Shown in pieces: positions 29,784 through 37,362 of a stretch of 64,000 nt of DNA. Origin of the DNA: a virus; the IMG/VR virus record IMGVR_UViG_3300033143_002031, positions 64,001-128,000 of that record; one strand, 5' to 3'. The position numbers were made by a program, and so were the translations under genes. Under the pieces are notes generated by a model. That model had not been told where the DNA came from. It ran no database searches and worked only from the letters and a program-made list of their open reading frames with translations. The stretch's first letter is position 1; every line of letters begins with the position of its first letter.

Positions 29784-29861
29784 TGGGGTGATCGACGGGA
29801 CTCGAACCCGCTAGGGCCGGGATCACAACCCGGTGCCGCGACCGCTTTGGCTTCGACCACC
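29784..29861 (-). tRNA. tRNA-His(GTG)
   Basis: CCGGG TTGTGAT CCCGG; G-1:C73; CCA. Confidence 0.9.
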
Positions 29862-29868
29862 ATACTTC

Positions 29869-30017
29869 TGGCGACTCTCCCAGGAATCGAACCCGGGCCT
29901 CCGAGACAAGGCTCCTCTCATGTACCCGCTTTGCCCGGCGGTGCGAGGATCGTTGCTTGGAATCGCAGGGGACAACCCACGACCCGCTCGGTGTTCTGCC
30001 ACTACCACTATCGAGCC
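29869..30017 (-). ncRNA. tRNA-like RNA with an 81-nt structured insert replacing the anticodon loop
   Basis: D-arm-like 5' part, CCGAG/CTCGG stem, canonical T-arm, G73, CCA. Confidence 0.6.
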
Positions 30018-30020
30018 GTA

Positions 30021-30105
30021 TGGCTCCCCAGGGAATCGAACCCCTTGCGCGCCACCACACATAATAGCGCGATCGGGTTACAGCCGATCGTGTGGAAAGG
30101 GAGCC
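30021..30105 (-). tRNA. D-armless tRNA-Tyr(GTA)-like RNA
   Basis: GATCGG CTGTAAC CCGATC; long variable arm; TTCGATT T-loop; 9-nt linker instead of a D-arm. Confidence 0.65.
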
Positions 30106-30112
30106 AAACTCA

Positions 30113-30190
30113 AGGTCCGCGTGGACGGATTTGAACCGCCGTTATGCCGGCTCCCAAAGCCGGTGTCTGACCAGACTAGACGACACGCGG
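30113..30190 (-). tRNA. tRNA-Pro(TGG)
   Basis: CCGGC TTTGGGA GCCGG. Confidence 0.9.
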
Positions 30191-30191
30191 A

Positions 30192-30267
30192 TGGTGGGGA
30201 GCCTCGGAATTGAACCGAGATTCGTGGATCTTCACTCCACTGTCCTACCGGGTTAGACGAACTCCCC
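30192..30267 (-). tRNA. tRNA-Phe(GAA)
   Basis: GTGGA GTGAAGA TCCAC; CCA. Confidence 0.88.
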
Positions 30268-30268
30268 A

Positions 30269-30342
30269 TGGCGGGACCGACCGGACTCGAACCGGCTTTA
30301 CCAGCGTGACAGGCTGGCGCCTTTCCTAATGGCTACGATCCC
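30269..30342 (-). tRNA. tRNA-Asp(GTC)
   Basis: CCAGC CTGTCAC GCTGG; G73; CCA. Confidence 0.92.
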
Positions 30343-30345
30343 AAT

Positions 30346-30541
30346 GCACCTCCGGCCAGGGCGTATCGTGGCGCGGGACGCTTCATGCGTCCCTCGGAGG
30401 CGCGGCGGGCGACCTGAGAATCGAACTCAGCGGACAGCCGGTTTTGGAGACCAGCCCGCGTACCCTGCGCGTCACCCAAAGGACACCTCCGGCCAGGGCG
30501 TATCGTGGCGCGGGAAACTCTCTCGTCTCCCTCGGAGATGC
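30346..30541 (-). repeat. two copies of a ~58-nt three-way-junction element (30346..30403, 30483..30541)
   Basis: 32 identical nt (30347..30378 = 30484..30515); the variable hairpin is paired in both copies. Confidence 0.8.
30403..30477 (-). tRNA. tRNA-Trp(CCA)
   Basis: CTGGT CTCCAAA ACCGG; G73. Confidence 0.85.
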
Positions 30542-30615
30542 AGCACCGACCCTTTCGGGATAGTGCTCCGCCCGTTGACGTTGCTCCCTTTCGGGTCTGA
30601 CGCCTCGGTCTCGGT

Positions 30616-30688
30616 TGGTACGGCAGGAGGGAATCGAACCCTCACACATCGGCTTCAAAGGCCGAGTGGCTACCCTGAGCACCACCGT
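30616..30688 (-). tRNA. tRNA-Gln(TTG)
   Basis: TCGGC CTTTGAA GCCGA; CCA. Confidence 0.85.
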
Positions 30689-30689
30689 A

Positions 30690-30768
30690 TGGCTGGGGTG
30701 GAGGGAATCGAACCCCCACGATGACCCGGAGTCAGAGTCCGGCGCTCTACCAGTTGAGCTACACCCCA
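30690..30768 (-). tRNA. tRNA-Gln(CTG)
   Basis: CCGGA CTCTGAC TCCGG; G73; CCA. Confidence 0.92.
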
Positions 30769-30787
30769 ATAGCGAGGAGATTGACAA

Positions 30788-30862
30788 TGGGGGGTCCGGG
30801 GGGACTCGAACCCCCACCTGACAGAGTAAGAATCTGCTACGCTCCCATTACGCCACGGACCC
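30788..30862 (-). tRNA. tRNA-Lys(CTT)
   Basis: GCAGA TTCTTAC TCTGT; CCA. Confidence 0.88.
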
Positions 30863-30865
30863 ACA

Positions 30866-30942
30866 GGGCTGGCCAGGCTGGAGTCGAACCAGCAACCTTC
30901 CGGGTAACAGCCGGATGCTTCTTCCTACTGAGCTTCTGACCA
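30866..30942 (-). tRNA. tRNA-Asn(GTT)
   Basis: TCCGG CTGTTAC CCGGA. Confidence 0.9.
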
Positions 30943-30943
30943 A

Positions 30944-31019
30944 TGGCGGGCCAGGTTGGAGTCGAACCAACAACCATCGGACTAACAATCCGCCGCTCTT
31001 CCATTAGAGCTACTGACCC
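30944..31019 (-). tRNA. tRNA-Asn(GTT), second copy
   Basis: GCGGA TTGTTAG TCCGA; CCA. Confidence 0.88.
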
Positions 31020-31121
31020 ATGATGACCCCGGAGCCTGGGTGAGCCCCGAGGTCGAAGATGCTCGATTGTCACAGACCGAACAGCCGTCGCTGGGAGGTT
31101 CGCGAGAGAACCTCCTTCCAT

Positions 31122-31197
31122 CGGTGGGGGCAACAGGACTTGAACCTGCTCAATCCGGGGTAAAAGCCCGGGACCCGTCCAGTCGGGCGCTACCCCC
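31122..31197 (-). tRNA. tRNA-Lys(TTT)
   Basis: CCGGG CTTTTAC CCCGG; first tRNA of the array. Confidence 0.88.
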
Positions 31198-31266
31198 TGA
31201 GTTTGCGGTCTCAGGGTCACCGTTTCAGTCGTTGTCTCACCCTCCCCTCCTTCTTCTTCGAGCCCA

Positions 31267-31305
31267 GAAACGAGAAAAGCCGCCTCGGTTTCCCGGGGCG
31301 GCTCT
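31267..31305 (-). terminator. intrinsic terminator upstream of the tRNA array
   Basis: AGAGCCGCCCCGG-GAAA-CCGAGGCGGCTTTT then TCTCGTTTCT. Confidence 0.75.
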
Positions 31306-31380
31306 CGCGTGGTGCGTGTGGTGCGAGAGCCTTACCCGGGGCTACCCTCCTGGAGCGCGATGGCAGCATAAAACACGGTA

Positions 31381-31410
31381 TTACCGCCATCGGAGGGTAG
31401 ACACGTCCAT
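31381..31410 (-). promoter_or_regulatory. leader peptide uORF MDVSTLRWR*
   Basis: ATG GAC GTG TCT ACC CTC CGA TGG CGG TAA; its coding sequence pairs with the downstream leader RNA. Confidence 0.6.
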
Positions 31411-31752
31411 GAGGACGGTCGTTTGACCTCCGTGCGCTTCAACCGGGTATGTTCGATATGCCGTTGCATCGTGCTTCTCGGTAGCTCCCGGAAGGTGATG
31501 GACCTCCCGCTCGCATCTCTCACTGTGTCAAGCGCAAACCTCAGAGTCAAGCGGAAAAAGCGCACCGCTGTCACTTTTTCCTGGCTCTTTGGTACGTACT
31601 GCTCTTGTACTTCTGTGGGAGAGGTGATCCCGGCTCCAAGACCGGCGACCAATGGTTGCGAAATGGGCCGTGACGATTGCTCTTGACGCCGTTGGCAATC
31701 TCCTGCTATGTGGTATAGGTGAGTCGGGGATGAGTCCCCGAAGGAGGCGCTC

Positions 31753-32262
31753 GTGAGGAAGCACCTGAGCTACCTGTCTTATGTTGTCAGGCACCGCTGG
31801 TTCGTGCTCGTGGAGTGCGTGCGCCTCGGAATCATCTGGCGTGGACTCGTCCACGACCTGTCGAAGTTCCTGCCGAGCGAGTGGTTCCCCTACGTGAACT
31901 ATTTCAACGGCGAGTGGCAGGGCAAAGCGTCGGTCCCGGACGGGTACAAGTGCCCGAAGCCGGTCAAGGCAGCCTTCGATCTCGCGTGGCTCCTGCACCA
32001 GCACCGGAACAAACATCACTGGCAGTTCTGGCGTCTCAGGGAAGACGACGGCGGGACGAAGCTGATCCCCATGCCGCCGAAGTACGTGAAGGAGATGCTC
32101 GCCGACTGGCGCGGGGCCGGTCGCGCGCAGGGCTTCGACAAACTCGGCCCCTGGTACGCGAAGAACCACCTCAAGATCGAGCTACACGCGGAGACGCGCG
32201 ACCTCCTGCACTCCCTCATGGAGCCCGACGAGCTACCACCGAAGGTGCGGGAGAAGTCATGA
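31753..32262 (+). CDS. HD-like conserved phage protein (DUF5662-like)
   Basis: HRWFV, HDLSKF, HQHRNKHHWQFW, EMLADW. Confidence 0.65.
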   Translation: MRKHLSYLSYVVRHRWFVLVECVRLGIIWRGLVHDLSKFLPSEWFPYVNYFNGEWQGKASVPDGYKCPKPVKAAFDLAWLLHQHRNKHHWQFWRLREDDGGTKLIPMPPKYVKEMLADWRGAGRAQGFDKLGPWYAKNHLKIELHAETRDLLHSLMEPDELPPKVREKS

Positions 32263-35200
32263 GCACCCCTGGCACCGCAACGTGGCTCCGCGCGCAGGCG
32301 CAGGACCACGAGGACTTGGCCGAAGGGCTCATGCGTGCGGCGAACCGTATCGACCGACTACAGGCCGAACTGGCGAAGCAGAAGACGGGTGTGGACCAGA
32401 CGCACTGCCCGGCTCCGGTCCCGCGCCGTCCGGCCTCATATTTCCCCCGGCCCACAGACAGGCCGCAGCTACCGATCTTCCGCATTCGGCTGCCCGAGGG
32501 GGAGCTTGCGTCGGACCGTGAGGCCCACGAGCGTGTCTTCGACTGGATCAACGGCTCGGAGCACCTCGGCATGGGCCTGCTCGACCCCTGCCAGGTGTTC
32601 GTTCTCGGAGAGCCCGACGCAGAGGGCGGAACGTGGGACTACGACACGGTGATCGGCATCTCCACGCTCCACACGGACGCGCACGACAAGGGGTTCGTTC
32701 GCATCACAGGGGTCAGCCGGAAGGGGCCACTTGGGCTCTTGCAGAAGCGCCTCGGGAGCATCGACCTGACAGGGTGCACCATCCTGGACGTAGAGTCGGA
32801 CAACGAGACGATCATCGAACTCGTGGCGCTGGGCGAAGAGGTCGTGAAGGCCGAGGAAGACGAGGCAGGCGATGAGTGAGACCATGATGAAGCTGACGGT
32901 GCATTGCGTCTGTGGCACGAGCTACGACATCACCCCGGACACCTCGTCAGAGGACGCTCCGGGCCTGTGCCCCGGCTGCGGCGGCGTGCCTCCGCGCCCG
33001 AGCCTAGACGAGCGCGCCCAAGAGGCCACAGAACTCGAAGAGAGGGCTCTCGCCGACTTCACTGGTGCTATGGAATCGGTCCGCAGCAAACTCGCAAGTG
33101 CGCTCAGTGTCGATCCGGACACGAAATGGGAGAGGCTGGTGCCAGCCGCTCAAGAACTCCACGGCGAGTGGCAGGAAGTCACGACCGAGATCGACTCGCT
33201 GCGCTTCGCCCTGCACATGGTCCGAGAGCAGGTCGTCAAGGCCGACAAGTTGGTCTGGGACACCATCGGGGGTCGGCCGCCGGGGGAGGCGGAGTACGCC
33301 AGCGACCTCGTGGAGAGCGTCGGGGCGCTCATCGGTAAGATGGAAGAGGGGAAGGAGGTCCGAGAGCGACTTCACACCGAGATCGAGTCTCTGGAGGAGG
33401 ACGTAGCGGTGCTTCGCGCGGGGGACGAGACGTCTGCCGGAACGTGGAAGGCTCACTTCCTGGACCTCGCCATGGCGGTTGGGGTCCCGCGCGTGGCCTA
33501 CGGCGTCGTCACGGCCCCGAACGTGGACGCCGTGATGACCTACGTGGGGCAAGTCATGCCCGCCTACAAACTCCTCCAGCGCGTGGACGAACTGGAGAAG
33601 CGGTTCAACACCACGGCCGCGCCGCAAGGGACCGAGACCGGAGGGCTGAACCGGGTGCGGTGCCCCCACTGCGGGACAGGCTACCCCGCAGGAGTCATGT
33701 TCTGCCCGCGCTGCGGAAAGGACCCCTCCCCAGCGACCCCAGAGGGCTGCGAGACGTGCGAAGACGCCCCGGACGACTGCTACCCCGACCCGCCCGGCGC
33801 GGGCTCCTGTGAGCACCACAAGCCCAAGGGAGGTGCATCATGAGCCACACCTACAAGGACGAGACGGGGATCATCTTCCACTACAACTCGGACCTGTCCG
33901 GCGGCGTGGAGATTGTTGTCCCGCCCAACAACCCGCACGGTGATGGTACTTCGATCTCGATCGAGGCCGACGTCCTGAGCCGGTTCGTCTTTCACGCCAT
34001 GATGGACCCCGAAGAGACGCTGACGTGGCTCGAAAACATCCGGGACTGGATCAACCGGCACACGAATGCTGTGACGCAGTACCGCGAGGAGCGCACCCTG
34101 GGGCTGACCACCCCTAACACCGACCCGAGCCGGTACAAGTTCGCGCCCGGTGACAAGGTGTTCCTGACCTTCGCCGAGGCGAACGGGGAGACGGGCATGG
34201 TCACGAACGTTGGGCACCACTCCTCCGGGGGCGGGAGCTACGAGTACGCCGACGTGAACCTGGACAAGGACGGCACGCAGACAGGGCCGTTGCCGGTCAC
34301 GTGCGTGCGGATGAGGCGGCCGGAGGACCAGCTATGTACATCGTGATCGAGATGACCGCGAACAGGACAGACCCGCAGGGCTACGGAGGGTTCGTGAAGA
34401 TCCATTCCGACCTGACTTCCGGCAGCCTGCACGAGCAGGAATTCGCGGATGTCTACCATGAGGTCTGCAAACTCCTCGGGGTCGAGCAGGCGAAGATGAT
34501 CCACACCATGGGTGTGTACGGGGCGAGCAATGCGGGGATGGCCTATGAGGACGTGAAGTCGGACGGGGAGGTCCAGCTATTCACTGAATTTCAAGACCGA
34601 AGGCGAGTGTGGATCTTCGAGGTGCCGGCGGAGTAGGATCGTCAACATGGGGAGTATCACAGTTATCAGGTATGAGAAGCTCATCATGGCCGATGTCAGG
34701 TGGGCGGACGACGTGGCGGTCGAGTGGGCCGGAAACGATGGAGTTTACATCGTCCGGGCTGCTCTCGATTACACTGGCGCGGACGCAAGGATCATTCTGC
34801 GCCATGGCCCTAATGAGACGATCCTGGCTTCTGGGCTTGGGAGAGAGATGAGTTACTTCGGCAAGCATGCGGTTGCCGAGGGGGATGAGGTCGTGCTTCA
34901 GTGGCGCGCTCTTGTTCCATCGAGGCCGGCAGTGTCGGAGGTGGCAGAACTGCTCCTCGAAACCACTTCGGGTCGGTCCGATGACGAGACCAGACCGTAG
35001 GACACAGGGTGCGGGATGAGGACGGTGTGGGATGGTGATGGCGGTGCTGGGTGTTGTCGTGGCCCTGACGGTTCACGACGTGGTGGTGTGGCTCAAGAAC
35101 CAGGACGATGGAGGAGCTTGTGGGTTGGAGCCTTTGCGGGAAGAACGACCACGGGCAGGAGATAGGCTACAGCGTGGAGGCGGTCTGCGACGAGCCCGGC

Positions 35201-35383
35201 TGCGAGGTCGCGATAAATAGGGGCCTCGCATACCTCTGTGGACGGATGCACGAGGACTCCGAGACCTGCCACAAGTACTACTGCCAGGAGCACTTGTACC
35301 ACGCCGACGTGGGGCCAGGAGGCGGGCTCTGTGCGAGGTGCTTGGAGGAGCGGGAACGGCGAGAGGGGCTGGAGGACGAATGA
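32259..35383 (+). other. coupled hypothetical ORFs (32259..32879, 32872..33843, 33840..34346, 34334..34636, 34647..35000, 35108..35383)
   Basis: overlapping ORFs; Zn-ribbon motifs in 32872 and 35108. Confidence 0.6.
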
Positions 35384-36027
35384 AGGTACCTAGCAAAGCG
35401 CAGATCGAGGAGATGGGGGCTCATATGGAGGAGATGGCCCGAGAGACGCAGGGGCTCGGGCCGCCGGACCCTGAGCATCTGAGTGACTGCGGGGACGGCG
35501 AGGTCAGGCCGGTCCTGGTCTATCCGAGCCCTCGACTGCGGGACGAAACAGCCGAAGTCCCGGAGTTCGATGACCGGCTCCGCAAACTCGTGGCTGACCT
35601 GGCGACGACGATGTACACGTTCAACGGCATCGGGCTCGCTGCCACGCAGATCGGCGAGCCGGACCGGGTGTTCGTCGTGGACGTCTTGAACGGTGCCCCG
35701 CCCCAGAAGGGGCGACCGACGAACCAGCTTCTCGTCGCTGTCAACCCGATCGTGTGGCCCGTACCCGGCAAGACCAAGCGAGACGCGGAGCGATGCCTCT
35801 CGTTTCCAGATGCCGTGGAAGTGGTGGAGCGACCGGCGAGTGTCATCATGAAGGCGTTCGACCACCATGGGAAGCCCTACGCCCTCGGCTGTAGCGCCGA
35901 CCTCGGCCGCGCGATCCAGCACGAGTACGACCACCTCGAAGGCCGGCTGCTCATCGACTACATGGCGAAGAAGAAGGCCCGCGACCTGCGGCGTCGGATT
36001 CACTCCAACGGGCGGCGAAGGTGGTGA
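35380..36027 (+). CDS. def: peptide deformylase
   Basis: GIGLAATQIG, ERCLS, HEYDHLEG. Confidence 0.95.
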   Translation: MKVPSKAQIEEMGAHMEEMARETQGLGPPDPEHLSDCGDGEVRPVLVYPSPRLRDETAEVPEFDDRLRKLVADLATTMYTFNGIGLAATQIGEPDRVFVVDVLNGAPPQKGRPTNQLLVAVNPIVWPVPGKTKRDAERCLSFPDAVEVVERPASVIMKAFDHHGKPYALGCSADLGRAIQHEYDHLEGRLLIDYMAKKKARDLRRRIHSNGRRRW

Positions 36028-36466
36028 GCGACTACTCGGATCGAAAACTCCCTCGGGAGGGGGACGAGCCAGAGAGAGTCGTCCATGTCCTCGACAGTGG
36101 AGTCGCTCTCTGCGGGCTGGGTAAAGGGCAGTTCCCGGGCGAGTGGCCTCCGGGGCATGTCTGGACCTACGCGCACGACCTCGACAACGTGACCTGCGAG
36201 AGGTGTCTTGCCGAAGCGAAGAAGGTGCGTTGAGCCCGCGCAGTACCGATGCCTCACCTGCGCCTACGAGTGGCACAGGACCCCGGACAGCGGCCACCCG
36301 AGCGGGGTGACGCCCCCGACCTGCCCGAAGTGCGGCGCGCTCTACCTGGAGTGGATCGACTTTGAGGGCTGGCGCGAGCGCAACCCACTTTCAACTTGAC
36401 TTTCTCGCGTCAATAGCATACGTTAGGTGGGACGAGTGGGACGTGTCCCGCTAGGAGAGGAAGCAC

Positions 36467-37171
36467 ATGAACCCAGCGACCTACAACCTGTTGGAAGGCA
36501 TCGTCCGCGCGATCACCACGGTTGCCGAAGCCTCACTTCCGAAAGAGGCCATTGCAGAGTCCCGCAGCGACCTCCACGGAAAGCTCATGTCCGTCAAGAA
36601 CGAGATGAGGCGAGAGGACGGTGAGGATATCGTGCAGGCTACTGCGAAAGCAGCGCTCGCCTTGGCTCGATACACACTCAGCTTCAAGGTGGATATGGAC
36701 AGCGAGCGCGTGCAGAAGAAGCACCTTCTCTCCGTTGTCAAAGAACTCACCAATCGCTCCGAGCGCCGACACGCACTGACCGAGGCCACGTTGCACCCGA
36801 CCGGGCACTGCACGTGCGAAGGGCAACTCACGAACGGCCAGCCTGAAGGCGAGTGCGAGTGGTGCCGGGAGCACTGCGTGGAGTGCGGCATGGAACTCGA
36901 TATGGATAGGCACTGCCCCAACTGCTACGAGGACGGCAAGGCGCTGGCCGAAGAGGTGCTTCCGGACCTGGGGGATGAGCAAGCTCCCGAGGAGCCCGTC
37001 ATCGACGAGTACGTTGACGCAGGTCTCGACTCGACCAAGTGGCGGCTGATCAACGACACCGCTGGCAACCCGGTGGCAGCGCTCTGGTTCAACGGCCAGA
37101 AGGACTCGCTCACGCAGGAACAGGTCGAAGATCTGGAAGAGGCGATCAGCGAGGTCGTTAGGCAATGGTGA
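36467..37171 (+). CDS. hypothetical Zn-binding protein
   Basis: TAGGAG RBS; HCxC and CxxC clusters. Confidence 0.65.
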   Translation: MNPATYNLLEGIVRAITTVAEASLPKEAIAESRSDLHGKLMSVKNEMRREDGEDIVQATAKAALALARYTLSFKVDMDSERVQKKHLLSVVKELTNRSERRHALTEATLHPTGHCTCEGQLTNGQPEGECEWCREHCVECGMELDMDRHCPNCYEDGKALAEEVLPDLGDEQAPEEPVIDEYVDAGLDSTKWRLINDTAGNPVAALWFNGQKDSLTQEQVEDLEEAISEVVRQW

Positions 37172-37290
37172 GGTACGACAAGAGGCCGTGGGATTGGATG
37201 CTGGACGGGGTGGCGCCCTTCATGGGCGTCTTGATCGGCCTGAGTATCTTCCTAGCGGTCATGGACTGCCTTGGGTAGGCAGATTGTGGC

Positions 37291-37319
37291 TTGACAATCG
37301 CCGGGCTATGTGGTACGAC
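37291..37319 (+). promoter_or_regulatory. class I promoter
   Basis: TTGACA-N17-TACGAC with CTATGTGG. Confidence 0.7.
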
Positions 37320-37362
37320 TGAGGGAGATCGAAAGTGGGATGACTTCCCGCTAGGAGAGACG

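Noticed and set aside
29869-30017. tmRNA interpretation of the insert-bearing tRNA
   Set aside because: Only 149 nt, no G3:U70, no tag ORF; kept as an unknown ncRNA instead
31021-31120. Resemblance to a 23S rRNA fragment
   Set aside because: No extended match to conserved rRNA sequence
25500-31150. Regularly spaced GGGA(C/A)TCGAACCC repeats resembling a CRISPR array
   Set aside because: These are reverse-complemented tRNA T-arms; no cas genes are present
25412-31220. Track ORFs over the tRNA array (e.g. 26696..27730, 29445..30134)
   Set aside because: They translate tRNA sequence or its complement and have no coding features
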